Origin: Bacilli bacterium
Lineage (GTDB): Bacteria; Bacillota_I; Bacilli_A; RF39; UBA660
Direction of reading: 5' to 3'
NCBI GenBank assembly: GCA_047971315.1
Contig: JBKDZP010000007.1
Coordinates: 7,494-71,493, forward strand
DNA: 64,000 nucleotides
A program made the position numbers and the translations under genes. Below are positions 49,703-60,830 of the stretch, in pieces. The notes beneath the pieces are model-generated. The model did no database searches. It saw nothing but the letters and a program-made list of their open reading frames with translations, and was not told the DNA's origin. The stretch's first letter is position 1, and each line of letters begins with the position of its first letter.

Positions 49703-51761
49703 TTTTTTAATATGTATTTGTTATTGTAATTATATAGTAAGTAACTATATAATAAATACAAATTACAGTATAAAAAGTACTAAATTAACTGGAATTATAA
49801 CAAACTATAAGATAGATGGTAATCAATTAACAATGGAGATTAAATCAAAAGAAACTGTAATTGCATTTTATTATTTTAATGAAAAGAATGAAGTTGAAGA
49901 TTTTATAAATAATTATGAAATTGGAAGTACTATAAACATTCAAGGTGAATTTAGCGAACCTAGTAGTAACAGTAATTTTAATTTATTCAATTATAAAAAT
50001 TATTTGTATAGTAAAAAAATTTATTGGATAGTTAAAGTAAAAACTTTTTCTATAGTTAAAGCTAAATTAAGATCTATTTATAAACTTAAAAGATTAATTA
50101 TAAATAGAATTGAGCTCCAGGAAAATAAATATTATTTAAATCTTTTTATATTGGGTGAAAATAATTTAGATAGTGAAATATACAAAAATTATCAAAAAAT
50201 TGGTGTAAGTCATTTATTTGCAATATCAGGGATGCATATTTCAATAATTTGTTTAATTTTAACTAAATTTTTAGATTTAATATTTAAAAATAAATATATT
50301 AAATTTATTATTTTAGAAATCTTTTTAATTATTTTTTTGTTTTTGACAAATTCACCTCCATCAGTAGTTAGAGCTATATTTTTTCTAAGTAGTTTAAAAT
50401 TCTTAAAATTAATTAACGTAGATTTAGATACAATATATGTTTTAATAATTATTTTAATTATTTTGTTATTTTTAAATCCATATTATATTTTTAATTTAGG
50501 ATTTAAATTTAGTTTTATTATAAGTTTGACTTTAATATATTGTAGGAAGTTATTTGAAAAATTCACTAATTACTTCATTAAAGTTTTTATAATTTCTTTA
50601 ATCTCTTTTTTAGTTTCTATACCAATCCAAATAAATACTTTCTTTGAAATTAATTTACTAAGTCCACTTATTAATATTTTATTTGTTCCTTTTATTTCAA
50701 TATTTGTATTCCCACTAACTATAATAACTTTTTTTATTCCATTTTTTACTCCATTATTAAATTTTTTTATCATAATTTTAGAAATGAGTTCCAAATATTT
50801 AAATAATATTGATTTCTTTACAATAATTTTATGCCATATTAATATATATTTTTTAATTTTTTATTATGTCATAATATTTATAATTATCCATTTAATTTTA
50901 AACGATAAAATATTTGGAATTATTATTTTAATTCCAATACTTGTAATTCATAATAATATTTTATTATTTAACAAATATTCATTCTTAACTATGATAGATG
51001 TTTCACAAGGAGATTCAATAATACTAAGTTTACAACAAAATAAAGGTAATATTTTATTAGATACAGGAGGTACAATTGACTATAGTATTGGCACATGGAA
51101 GGAAAAACAAAATAAATTTAGTTTAGGAAAAAATACAATAATTCCTTACTTAAAATCAGTTGGAATAAAAACAATAAATTATCTTATTTTAACTCACGGA
51201 GATTATGATCATATTGGTGAAGCTATAACATTAGTAAACAAATTTAATATAAAAAATATCATTTTTAATAATGATTCATATAATAATCTAGAATTAGAAT
51301 TAATTGAAATACTTGATAAAAAAAATATAAACTACTATAAAAATGTAAATGAATTAAATATAAATAATTATATTTTATATTTTTTAAATCCTGGTGGTTA
51401 TAATAATGAAAATGATAATTCCAACATTATATATTTTAAAAATAATGAAATAAAAATGTTATTTATGGGCGATGCTAGTGTAGAAGTCGAAAAAATTATA
51501 TTAAATAAATATAAAATAAGAAATATTGATATTTTAAAAGTAGGACATCATGGTAGTAATACAAGTTCAAATAATCAATTTATTAATATTATAAATCCTA
51601 AAATTTCATTAATTTCAGTTGGAAAAAATAATAAATATGGACATCCTAAAAATGAAGTTCTGAGATTATTAAGTAAATCCAAAGTTTATAGAACTGACAT
51701 CAATGGTAGTATTCAAATAAAATTTAAAAATAATAAAATAAAAGTTACTACATGTAATTAA
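49659..51761 (+). CDS. comEC: Competence protein ComEC/Rec2 (DNA channel with C-terminal metallo-beta-lactamase domain)
   Basis: DUF4131-like N-terminus, competence domain GVSHLFAISGMHIS, C-terminal MBL motif LTHGDYDHIG. Start uncertain (ATG 49659 or TTG 49671); overlaps the comEA 3' end. Confidence 0.85.
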   Translation: MMLHLIKLKIILLCSFLICICYCNYIVSNYIINTNYSIKSTKLTGIITNYKIDGNQLTMEIKSKETVIAFYYFNEKNEVEDFINNYEIGSTINIQGEFSEPSSNSNFNLFNYKNYLYSKKIYWIVKVKTFSIVKAKLRSIYKLKRLIINRIELQENKYYLNLFILGENNLDSEIYKNYQKIGVSHLFAISGMHISIICLILTKFLDLIFKNKYIKFIILEIFLIIFLFLTNSPPSVVRAIFFLSSLKFLKLINVDLDTIYVLIIILIILLFLNPYYIFNLGFKFSFIISLTLIYCRKLFEKFTNYFIKVFIISLISFLVSIPIQINTFFEINLLSPLINILFVPFISIFVFPLTIITFFIPFFTPLLNFFIIILEMSSKYLNNIDFFTIILCHINIYFLIFYYVIIFIIIHLILNDKIFGIIILIPILVIHNNILLFNKYSFLTMIDVSQGDSIILSLQQNKGNILLDTGGTIDYSIGTWKEKQNKFSLGKNTIIPYLKSVGIKTINYLILTHGDYDHIGEAITLVNKFNIKNIIFNNDSYNNLELELIEILDKKNINYYKNVNELNINNYILYFLNPGGYNNENDNSNIIYFKNNEIKMLFMGDASVEVEKIILNKYKIRNIDILKVGHHGSNTSSNNQFINIINPKISLISVGKNNKYGHPKNEVLRLLSKSKVYRTDINGSIQIKFKNNKIKVTTCN

Positions 51762-52070
51762 AATTTATTAGAATATTATTTAATCATTTGGGAATAATAA
51801 AGTTATACAAATTTAATAATCACATATTTAGAAAATATAAATATATTATTAATAGAAAAAGCATTAAATTTAACTTAAAATGACATAAATTGTTTTTAAA
51901 ATGGATATACTTTTAGTAGATATATATTTAATTTAAAATTTAGATAATATAAGTAATTACTTATATTAATTGTATACAAGATACAAATTGTATCTTGTTA
52001 ATGGGCTACACTAATACTAATATTTAGTTTAGTGTTTAATATAGATTAAGAACCAATTAAATTGGTTCTT

Positions 52071-52616
52071 TTAAATTTTATAATAATTTAATCCATATGT
52101 ATTATTTAGTGGATCTAAAAATAAAAAATTCAAAATTGGATGATAAGTTAAGTACCCCATAACTATATATATTATAATTATTAATATTGTAGAAAAAATT
52201 GTCTCATACTTGATTCTTTTAAATTTTAGTATAAAATATTTTATTACTTCAATAATTATAATTACAACTAACAATAAAAACAAAATAATAATCATTGAAT
52301 CATTTATAAAATTTCTATGTGGAAGATAAATAGATAGATAAATACTTATACTTAAAACAGAACTAATTATTAATGATAACATAAAATTATTAAATTTAAT
52401 ATTATATTTTAGCAATACTAAATAATCAAAAATTCCATACAATAAGATAGTAGTATAAAGCATTTTCATATGTTCCCAAATACTTTCATTTACTGGAAAA
52501 AAAATTAAAAAAAATTGATTTGGAAAAATTTCATATAAAAAATGACTAATAAATGAAAGAAAAAAAGTCAAAACAATAGCAATTATTCTAGTTTTAAATA
52601 AATTCATATTCACCAC
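52071..52616 (-). CDS. Hypothetical polytopic membrane protein
   Basis: 181 aa, 5 predicted TM helices. Convergent with comEC; palindromic hairpins lie in the intergenic region. Confidence 0.4.
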   Translation of the reverse strand: MVNMNLFKTRIIAIVLTFFLSFISHFLYEIFPNQFFLIFFPVNESIWEHMKMLYTTILLYGIFDYLVLLKYNIKFNNFMLSLIISSVLSISIYLSIYLPHRNFINDSMIIILFLLLVVIIIIEVIKYFILKFKRIKYETIFSTILIIIIYIVMGYLTYHPILNFLFLDPLNNTYGLNYYKI

Positions 52617-52753
52617 ATTTCTAAATTCATTTATTAATAATATAATCCAAAATATAAAATTTATAATTTTTTTATAAAAAATTAAATAAAATTTTAATAA
52701 AAAAAGGAAAAATAAGACTTTTGTCGTATATTAATAGTAGGGAGTCTGATATT

Positions 52754-54517
52754 ATGAATACTAGTTATCAAATTAATGAAGATAAAATTAATGAAATAAG
52801 ACGAAGTGTTGATATAGTTGATGTAATATCAGAATATATTTCACTTGTCTCCAAAGGTAAAAATTTTTTTGGAGTTTGTCCATTTCATGCAGATCATTCA
52901 CCAAGTATGAGTGTATCTAGTGAAAAACAAATTTATAGATGTTTCTCTTGTGGTGCAAGTGGTAACGTTTATAAATTTTTAATGGATTATGAAAATATTA
53001 CTTTTTTAGAATCGTTAAAAATTGTAGCAAACAAAGGTGGTATAGAATTAAATGTTTCTTCTTATTCTATAAATAAATCAAATAAAAATTCAAAATTATT
53101 TGAAATTTATGATATAAGTCAAAAATTTTATCAAAATAATATTAATTCAAAGGAAGGAATTCTTGCTAAAAGTTACTTAAATGAACGTGGTATAAATACC
53201 GAAATAATAAAAGAATTCGGTATAGGTTTATCAATTAAAGACACTACATTCTTAACTAATTTACTTTTAAAAAAAGAGTTTGACGAAAAAGATATTATAA
53301 AAACTGGTTTAATAAATAGGGGAGATAAAGGGCTACATGATGTTTATTATAATAGAATAATGTTTCCATTATATGATACAAGTGGTAATATAATTGGATA
53401 CAGTGGAAGAATATATAATCAAACAGATAGTGCAAAATATATAAATACAAAAGAAACTGAGATATTTAAAAAAGGTGAACTACTTTATAATTATCATAAA
53501 GCTAAAGAATATGCTAGAGTAAAAAATCAAATTATAATAATGGAAGGATTCATGGATGTAATTAGGGCATATACAGTTGGGATAAAAAATGTTGTAGCAT
53601 CTATGGGTACAGCGATTACAAAAGAACAAATTTTATTATTAAAAAAATTAAGTAAAGATGTTATTCTTTGTTTTGATGGTGATGAAGCAGGGGCAAAAGC
53701 AACATTTACTTGTGCTGATGAACTTATAAAAGTAGGTATTAATCCTAAAATTATAAAGTTAGAAGAAAATCTTGATCCAGATGAATATATACTAAAATAT
53801 GGGAAAGATAAATTTTTACTTAAATTAGAAAATACAATTAATATAATGGATTTTAAACTTAGTTATTTAAAAAACAAAAAAAATTTAACCAATTCAGTTG
53901 AACAGGCAAACTATATTCATGAAGTAATAAATGAAATAAGTAAAATAGAGGATGAAATATTAAGAGAAATTACTATAAAAAAATTAAGTGATGAAACTAA
54001 AATAAGTATTTTAATTCTAAAAAGTAAATTAGATGATCAACTTAATAAAAAAGAAATAAATATAGAAATAAAAGAACAACCAATTTTTAAAATGGACAAG
54101 TATGGAAAAGCAGAAGTAAATTTAGTTTATTATATGCTTAATAATAATGATGTTGTAAATATGTTTAATAAGCAATTTCCATATTTACCAACATTTAAAT
54201 ACCGAACATTAGCTAAAGAAATAAGTGTATTTTATAAAAAAAATAAATTTATAAATACTGCTGATATTTTAACTTTACTTAGAAATGATGAAGAAGAATA
54301 TAATACAGTAATTGAAATATCAAACATGAATTTAAAGGATGAATATAGCTTAGAACAGATTCAAGATTATATTGATGCTTTAAACGAATATAGTAAAAAA
54401 AATGAAATCATTCGTTTAAAACAGTTAATGAGTCTAGAAATCGATCCAATAAAAAAAGCTGAAATTCAATTAAAAATCGTAGAATTAAAAAAAACAGAAA
54501 GTAAAATAGAGGAATAA
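52754..54517 (+). CDS. dnaG: DNA primase
   Basis: CHC2 zinc finger [30 protein letters not shown] and TOPRIM ([18 protein letters not shown]). AGGGAG RBS before ATG 52754. Confidence 0.9.
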   Translation: MNTSYQINEDKINEIRRSVDIVDVISEYISLVSKGKNFFGVCPFHADHSPSMSVSSEKQIYRCFSCGASGNVYKFLMDYENITFLESLKIVANKGGIELNVSSYSINKSNKNSKLFEIYDISQKFYQNNINSKEGILAKSYLNERGINTEIIKEFGIGLSIKDTTFLTNLLLKKEFDEKDIIKTGLINRGDKGLHDVYYNRIMFPLYDTSGNIIGYSGRIYNQTDSAKYINTKETEIFKKGELLYNYHKAKEYARVKNQIIIMEGFMDVIRAYTVGIKNVVASMGTAITKEQILLLKKLSKDVILCFDGDEAGAKATFTCADELIKVGINPKIIKLEENLDPDEYILKYGKDKFLLKLENTINIMDFKLSYLKNKKNLTNSVEQANYIHEVINEISKIEDEILREITIKKLSDETKISILILKSKLDDQLNKKEINIEIKEQPIFKMDKYGKAEVNLVYYMLNNNDVVNMFNKQFPYLPTFKYRTLAKEISVFYKKNKFINTADILTLLRNDEEEYNTVIEISNMNLKDEYSLEQIQDYIDALNEYSKKNEIIRLKQLMSLEIDPIKKAEIQLKIVELKKTESKIEE

Positions 54518-54521
54518 TAAT

Positions 54522-55610
54522 ATGATAAATGAAATTAAAACATTTGAAGACAGAAAAGCTGAATTAGTAAAAAAAGGAAAAGAAAAAGGAACTATTTCTT
54601 ATGAAGATTTAGCAAATTCGCTAAAAGGTTTAGACTTAGATGCAGATGCATTAGATGAATTATATAATTTATTTAGTGAAAATGATATTAAAATAGTATC
54701 TGAAGAAGAATCAGATGCTAGTGGAAATGGATTCGCTATTGATAAATTACTTTTAGATGATAATACATTAACTAAAGATTTAACAATTAACGATCCTGTG
54801 CGAATGTATCTAAAAGAAATTGGACAAATTAAATTATTATCGATGGATGAAGAATTAGAATTAGCAGATAGAATAATTGCTGGAGACCCAGTTGCAAAAT
54901 CAATATTAGCAGAAGCTAATTTAAGACTAGTTGTTAGTATTGCTAAAAGATATGTTGGAAGAGGAATGTTATTTTTAGATTTAATTCAAGAAGGTAATAT
55001 TGGACTAATGAAAGCAGTTGATAAATTTGATGTCACAAAAGGATATAAATTTTCAACATATGCAACATGGTGGATTAGACAAGCAATAACTAGAGCTATA
55101 GCAGATCAAGCTAGAACTATTCGTGTTCCAGTTCATATGGTAGAAACAATTAATAAATTAGCTCGTATTCAAAGACAACTTACACTAGAATTGAATCGTG
55201 AACCAAATGAAGCTGAATTAGCAGAAAAAATGGGTCTTCCAGTAGAAAAAATTAGAGATATTTATAAAATTAGTCAGGATCCAGTTAGTTTAGAAACTCC
55301 AATTGGTGAAGAAGATGATTCACATTTAGGGGATTTTATTAAAGATGAGAGAAATGTTAGCCCTGAAGAATATGCCACTAATGAAATGCTTAAAGATGAA
55401 ATATCACAAGTATTACTTACTTTAACCGAAAGAGAAGAAAAAGTAATTAGACTTAGATTTGGACTAGAAGATGGTAAATCAAGAACTTTAGAAGAAGTAG
55501 GGCAAATGTTTGGAGTAACTAGAGAAAGAATTAGACAAATTGAAGCAAAAGCGTTGAGAAAACTAAAACATCCATCAAGATCACGTAAACTAAAAGATTA
55601 TATGGGTTAA
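54522..55610 (+). CDS. sigA: RNA polymerase sigma factor SigA (RpoD)
   Basis: Regions 1.2, 2.4 and 4.2 are textbook ([70 protein letters not shown]). Confidence 0.95.
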   Translation: MINEIKTFEDRKAELVKKGKEKGTISYEDLANSLKGLDLDADALDELYNLFSENDIKIVSEEESDASGNGFAIDKLLLDDNTLTKDLTINDPVRMYLKEIGQIKLLSMDEELELADRIIAGDPVAKSILAEANLRLVVSIAKRYVGRGMLFLDLIQEGNIGLMKAVDKFDVTKGYKFSTYATWWIRQAITRAIADQARTIRVPVHMVETINKLARIQRQLTLELNREPNEAELAEKMGLPVEKIRDIYKISQDPVSLETPIGEEDDSHLGDFIKDERNVSPEEYATNEMLKDEISQVLLTLTEREEKVIRLRFGLEDGKSRTLEEVGQMFGVTRERIRQIEAKALRKLKHPSRSRKLKDYMG

Positions 55611-55612
55611 AA

Positions 55613-56278
55613 ATGGAATTACCCGTAAGATTAAAACAAATTGCTTCATTAATTAAAAATGAAACTAATGTAATTGATATTGGTTGTGATCATGGATTAT
55701 TGGATATTTATTTAACAAACTATAAAAATTGTAAATGCATCGCAAGTGACATAAATGAAAATGCTTTATCAAACGCTAAAAAGAATATATTAAAATATAA
55801 ATTGAATGATAAAATAGAAACAATAGTTAGTGATGGATTTGAAAATATTGAAATAAATTATTTAAGTACTGCAATAATATCTGGAATGGGTACATTAACA
55901 ATTTTAGATATATTAAAAAAAGCAAATTTAACAAACATTGAAAATTTAATAATTCAAGCTAATAATAATTTAGAAACACTAAGAAAAGAGATTAGTAAAA
56001 TTGGTTTTTATATTAAAGATGAAATAGTAGTATGTGATCGTAACATTTATTATGTAATAATCAACTTAGAAAAAGGAAATAAAAAATATAATTTAATTGA
56101 TTATATTTTAGGACCTAAACTAAAATTAAAAAAAGATAAAATAACAATAAATTATTATATTAATTTGATAAAAAAAAATAATGATATAATAAAAAAAATA
56201 CCAATAAATTATATATTTAAAAAATTATATCTAAAATGGATAAATAGAATTATTAAAAAAACTATTAATTACAAATAG
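55613..56278 (+). CDS. trmK: tRNA (adenine22-N1)-methyltransferase TrmK
   Basis: RLKQIASLIKNETNVIDIGCDHGLLDIYL matches the YqfN/TrmK N-terminus. Conserved position after sigA. Confidence 0.75.
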   Translation: MELPVRLKQIASLIKNETNVIDIGCDHGLLDIYLTNYKNCKCIASDINENALSNAKKNILKYKLNDKIETIVSDGFENIEINYLSTAIISGMGTLTILDILKKANLTNIENLIIQANNNLETLRKEISKIGFYIKDEIVVCDRNIYYVIINLEKGNKKYNLIDYILGPKLKLKKDKITINYYINLIKKNNDIIKKIPINYIFKKLYLKWINRIIKKTINYK

Positions 56279-56283
56279 TTTTT

Positions 56284-56640
56284 TTATATAAAAAATGTTG
56301 GTCCGTCACTTATAAATTTTTCATTATTAATTATATTTTCAACATTAGAATTATTTTTTGATGTAGAAGAGGTTTTAAAACTAGAATTTACTTTATTATT
56401 AGGCTCAACTCTTTTAAATTCATTCATAACTTTAAACATTGTTTTCGCATTTTTTATAGTAGGTGATATTTGTCTTGCTAAAGGAATTGCTTGATTTGCA
56501 AATCCAATTGTTTTTTGAACACCAGACAAAATACTAGTAAAAGATAACGTTTTTCCCCCTAAAAGACTACTTAATATCCCATTTCTCATAGGAGCAGATG
56601 TATAAGGAATTGTACTAAAATACGGATTATAATAATTCAT
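56284..56640 (-). CDS. Hypothetical protein (YqfQ-like N-terminus, Ser/Asn-rich tail)
   Basis: Strong AAAGGAG RBS on the minus strand, 118 aa. The stop lies 5 nt from the trmK stop (convergent). Confidence 0.45.
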   Translation of the reverse strand: MNYYNPYFSTIPYTSAPMRNGILSSLLGGKTLSFTSILSGVQKTIGFANQAIPLARQISPTIKNAKTMFKVMNEFKRVEPNNKVNSSFKTSSTSKNNSNVENIINNEKFISDGPTFFI

Positions 56641-56756
56641 AAATTACTCCTTTCTAAAATATTATATGAAAGCAAAAAAAATGTTTTACAAATACTTAAA
56701 ATATGGTATAATCTTATTAGTAAAAAAGAATATAAGAGATAGGGTGGTGCTGCTTG

Positions 56757-58715
56757 ATGCATAAGCCAATATTTTTATTACCTTTCATATTTATATATAA
56801 GGTCGTTTTCACAATTTTAAAGATCCCTTTTTATTGTCTAAAATATTTCACAATAGGTTGCTTATATGTAATAAATTTTATTTTAACTTTAGGTATTTAT
56901 CAAATTAAAGGATTTATTTGGATTTCTTATTTAATATTTAAAATAATCCATAATTTTATTTTTTATTGTTTTATTGGTATTAAAACTGTCATATTTATTC
57001 CATTTAATCTAGTTAGTTATCCTTTTAAAAATAAGAAAATTAATATTGAACAACCAAAACTAAAAATAAATAATAAAAAAGAAAATATAGTTCAACCTAA
57101 AAATAATACTATTATAAAAAATGATTTTAATAGTAAAACATTTAATAAATTACGTAAGCTAAAAAATACAGAACAAAAAAAATTACTAAAAGAGGAAATA
57201 ATTTCTAAAAAGAAAAAAATAGTTGAAGAAACTAAAAAAGAAAATAAAATATCTCGTTTTAAAAAGAAAAATGAAAATGCATATATTAACGAGAAAGTTG
57301 AAATAAAAGGTCAAATAAGTAAAACTAAATTTAATGAATTTATTAAAAAGTTTAAAAATATTCCTACTAGTATAGTTAATAAATTTAAAAATAATAATTT
57401 TTCTAAACATAAACGTAATGAACAAATGATTAAACGAGAAGCTTTATTAATTAACTTTGAAGGTGATGATGCCAAAAAAAGTGAAGTTAAAATTTTATAT
57501 GAATATGTAGCAAAAAATCCTGAAGGTAAAGTCATTAAAGGATATATGGAAGCTTTTTCAAAAGTAGAAGTTCATTCATTCTTACTTAGTGAAGGATTTG
57601 AAGTTTATACAATTCGTAATAATAAATGGATAACATTTTTTCATAAAAATAGTAATATTAACAAAACTAAAATTAAAACAAAAGACTTAATTTTCTTTTT
57701 AACTCAATTATCAACTTATTTAAAAGCTGGTATATCATTAGTAGAATCTTTAAGAATATTACAAAAACAATTTAAAAATAAAAGTTATATTGAAATATTC
57801 AAGTCAATTATGTACGATTTGACTATGGGAGAAAATTTATCTGATGCATTACTTAAACAAAATGTAGCATTTCCTAAATTATTAATTAACATGGTTAAAA
57901 CTGCAGAGATGACAGGAGAATTACCAGAAGTTTTAGATGATATGGCAAATTATTATACTGAAAGTGAACAAACAAAAAAACAAATGACTACAGCACTTAT
58001 GTATCCATCATTAGTATTTGTATTTGCCACTGCAGTTATAGTATTTATAATGATTTACGTAATACCACAATTCGTAACTATATATGAAAATATGGATGCT
58101 TCAAAAATTCCAGCATTTACGTTAGCTGTAATGGCAGTTAGCGAATTCTTACAAAATTATTTTATATTTGTTGCTATTGGTTTAGTAGTTTTTGTATTTT
58201 TATTTATGTACTTATATAAAAATGTAAAAATGTTTCGCACTATTACTCAATGGATAATGATGCATATTCCAGTAATTGGTGAAACAATTATATATAATGA
58301 AGTAACAATGTTTACCAAAACATTCTCTTCATTGCTATCACATAATGTATTTATAACTGAAAGTATGGAAGTTTTAAATAAAATAACAAATAATGAAATA
58401 TATAAAATGTTAATATTAGATACAATAACTAATTTAGCAAAGGGTGACAAAATTTCAACTGCATTTAAAGATCATTGGGCTTTTCCAATTCCTGCTTATG
58501 AAATGTTAGTAACTGGAGAAAGAACTGGGGAAATGCCTGAAATGATGAAAAAAGTTTCTACTTATTATCAATCATTACATAAAGATCAAGTAGCGAGAAT
58601 TAAAACATTTATTGAACCTATATTAACTGTATTTTTAACAGTAGTAGTTGGATTAATTATTATGGCAATTATTATTCCTATGTTCTCAATGTATACAACA
58701 GTTCAAGAATATTAG
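56757..58715 (+). CDS. Type IV pilus/competence assembly platform protein (PilC/ComGB, GspF family) with ~230 aa N-terminal membrane + Lys-rich extension
   Basis: C-terminal ~410 aa is a complete GspF-family protein (ILYEYVAKNPEGKVIKGYMEAFSKVEVHSFLLSEGFEVYTI; two GspII_F repeats). The N-terminal portion has 3-4 TM helices and a K-rich linker. GGGTGGTG RBS before the first ATG; none before the internal Met at 57426. Confidence 0.8.
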   Translation: MHKPIFLLPFIFIYKVVFTILKIPFYCLKYFTIGCLYVINFILTLGIYQIKGFIWISYLIFKIIHNFIFYCFIGIKTVIFIPFNLVSYPFKNKKINIEQPKLKINNKKENIVQPKNNTIIKNDFNSKTFNKLRKLKNTEQKKLLKEEIISKKKKIVEETKKENKISRFKKKNENAYINEKVEIKGQISKTKFNEFIKKFKNIPTSIVNKFKNNNFSKHKRNEQMIKREALLINFEGDDAKKSEVKILYEYVAKNPEGKVIKGYMEAFSKVEVHSFLLSEGFEVYTIRNNKWITFFHKNSNINKTKIKTKDLIFFLTQLSTYLKAGISLVESLRILQKQFKNKSYIEIFKSIMYDLTMGENLSDALLKQNVAFPKLLINMVKTAEMTGELPEVLDDMANYYTESEQTKKQMTTALMYPSLVFVFATAVIVFIMIYVIPQFVTIYENMDASKIPAFTLAVMAVSEFLQNYFIFVAIGLVVFVFLFMYLYKNVKMFRTITQWIMMHIPVIGETIIYNEVTMFTKTFSSLLSHNVFITESMEVLNKITNNEIYKMLILDTITNLAKGDKISTAFKDHWAFPIPAYEMLVTGERTGEMPEMMKKVSTYYQSLHKDQVARIKTFIEPILTVFLTVVVGLIIMAIIIPMFSMYTTVQEY

Positions 58716-58717
58716 AG

Positions 58718-59491
58718 GTGAGTACTATGGAAATTTATTATACTATAACAACATTTATATTTGGAATTATATTTGGATCATTTTTCAATGTAGTAGGGTA
58801 CAGATTACCTAAAGGAGAATCATTAATTTCACCTCCTTCTCATTGTACTAAATGTAATCATAGGTTAAAACCTATAGAATTAGTACCGGTATTTTCATAT
58901 ATATTTTTAAAAGGAAAATGTAAAGTATGTGGACAAAAAATATCATTGTTTTATCCAATATTTGAGCTAGCAACTGGTATATTATTTTCAACATCATATT
59001 TAATATTTGGTTTAAATATCGATTTTTTAATAGCAATAACATTTATATCAACGCTACTTATAATAATTATAAGTGATTATCAAACAATGATTATTCCTGA
59101 TGAACTATTAATTTTCTCTGGTATAGTATTATTAATAGAATTATTTGTTAAAGGTGGGCTAGATTTAGCATTTACATCTTTTCTAAATGGAGTTATTGCA
59201 TTTACAATAATGTTTCTGTTAAAAAAATTTGGTGATTTTCTATTTAAAAAAGAATCAATGGGTGGGGGAGATATAAAATTGATGCTATTGTTTGGATTTG
59301 TACTTGGATATCAAACAACAATTTTATCAATTTTCTTTGCTTCATTAATTGGACTGCCAGTATCTTTGTTTATTCTTTTTAGAAAAAAGGAAGATATTAT
59401 TCCATTTGGACCTTTTTTAGCAGTGTCAGCTATATTAATATTACTTACTAAAATAGATTTTAATTTTTTATTAAATTTATACGGTATATAA
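58718..59491 (+). CDS. pilD: Prepilin peptidase (A24 family, PilD/ComC)
   Basis: N-terminal Cys box (CTKCNHRL...CKVCGQKI), polytopic membrane domain, GGGDIKLM catalytic Asp motif. Confidence 0.85.
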   Translation: MSTMEIYYTITTFIFGIIFGSFFNVVGYRLPKGESLISPPSHCTKCNHRLKPIELVPVFSYIFLKGKCKVCGQKISLFYPIFELATGILFSTSYLIFGLNIDFLIAITFISTLLIIIISDYQTMIIPDELLIFSGIVLLIELFVKGGLDLAFTSFLNGVIAFTIMFLLKKFGDFLFKKESMGGGDIKLMLLFGFVLGYQTTILSIFFASLIGLPVSLFILFRKKEDIIPFGPFLAVSAILILLTKIDFNFLLNLYGI

Positions 59492-59517
59492 AAAGCAAGA
59501 ATTAATTTCTTGCTTTT
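59491..59517. terminator. Bidirectional Rho-independent terminator between pilD and rarA
   Basis: aaaagcaagaa-ttaat-ttcttgctttt perfect hairpin between convergent genes. Confidence 0.7.
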
Positions 59518-60733
59518 AATTATTAAATAATTTTTCTAATTTATCATAAATATTTTTAAGTGATTCTTCATATTTACTACTAATTTTAGGATTATAATAT
59601 CTTCTATTTAATAATTTATCTGGTAAATATTGTTGTTTTACAAAATTATGAGGATAATTATGAGGATATTTATAGTCTGGTGAATTAGTTTTTATATGAT
59701 TTGGAACACTTCCTACATTACCTTTTCTAATATCATTTATTGCCGCATCAAGTGCAACATGACCTGTATTGGATTTAGGAGATAAAGCAAGTTCAATAAC
59801 TATATTTCCTAGTGGAATTCTACCTTCTGGTAATCCTAATCTTTCACATGCATTTATTGCCGCATCTACTTTTGGACCTATAGAGGGATTAGCAAGTCCA
59901 ATATCTTCATAAGCAATTACTGTCATTCTTCGATATATTATATCTAAATCTTCTGTCTCTAACAATCTAGCTAAATAATGAAGTGCTGCATTCACATTAC
60001 TACCACGAATCGATTTTTGAAAAGCACTAATAACATCATAATGCCCATCCTCGTCATTATCATGAAATAAAATAGGTTTACTATTTATATTTTTAATATT
60101 TTGTTCTGTTATATTAAAATCATTTGTAGAATAATATGCCATCTCTAATAAATTATATGCATATCTTAAATCACCATTTGACAATACAGCAATACTTTTT
60201 AAAACGTTATTTTCAATTTTAATATTTTTTAAATAATCACTTTTTATTGCTTTTTCTAGACCTAAAATTACTTCAGTTTCTGTTAATTCTTTTAATTCAA
60301 ATATTTGACATCTACTTCTAATAGCGGGGTTTATTTTATGATAAGGATTTGAAGTAGTCATACCAATTAATATTATCAAGCCACTTTCTAAATAAGGTAA
60401 TAATAAATCTTGTTTATCCTTATTTAAACGATGTATTTCATCCATTACTATAATAAGTCCCTTATATAATTTGGCTTCTTCAATAACAATATCAAAATCT
60501 TTTTTATTATTAATTACTGCATTTAAAAATCTATATTTTAAATTTAATGAATTGATAATTGCATTTGCAATACTAGTTTTACCAATACCTGGTTTTCCAT
60601 ATAAAATCATTGAAAATATTCTTTCATTTTCTACCATGTTTCTTATTATTTTATTTTCACCAACTAGGTGATTTTGGCCTATTATTTCAAATATATTATT
60701 TGGTCTTAATTTAATTGCTAAAGGTTCTTTCAT
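59516..60733 (-). CDS. rarA: Replication-associated recombination protein RarA/MgsA (AAA+ ATPase)
   Basis: Walker A GKPGIGKTSIANAI, Walker B IIVMDEIHRLN, C-terminal MgsA-specific helical domain. Confidence 0.85.
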   Translation of the reverse strand: MKEPLAIKLRPNNIFEIIGQNHLVGENKIIRNMVENERIFSMILYGKPGIGKTSIANAIINSLNLKYRFLNAVINNKKDFDIVIEEAKLYKGLIIVMDEIHRLNKDKQDLLLPYLESGLIILIGMTTSNPYHKINPAIRSRCQIFELKELTETEVILGLEKAIKSDYLKNIKIENNVLKSIAVLSNGDLRYAYNLLEMAYYSTNDFNITEQNIKNINSKPILFHDNDEDGHYDVISAFQKSIRGSNVNAALHYLARLLETEDLDIIYRRMTVIAYEDIGLANPSIGPKVDAAINACERLGLPEGRIPLGNIVIELALSPKSNTGHVALDAAINDIRKGNVGSVPNHIKTNSPDYKYPHNYPHNFVKQQYLPDKLLNRRYYNPKISSKYEESLKNIYDKLEKLFNN

Positions 60734-60830
60734 TATTATGCTCCTTTTTTTAAAAGTTTTTTTCTTTAATTATTATTATATCATGATTATATTAATTAAT
60801 CTATGTTATAATAATTAGAGAAGGTAGAAT

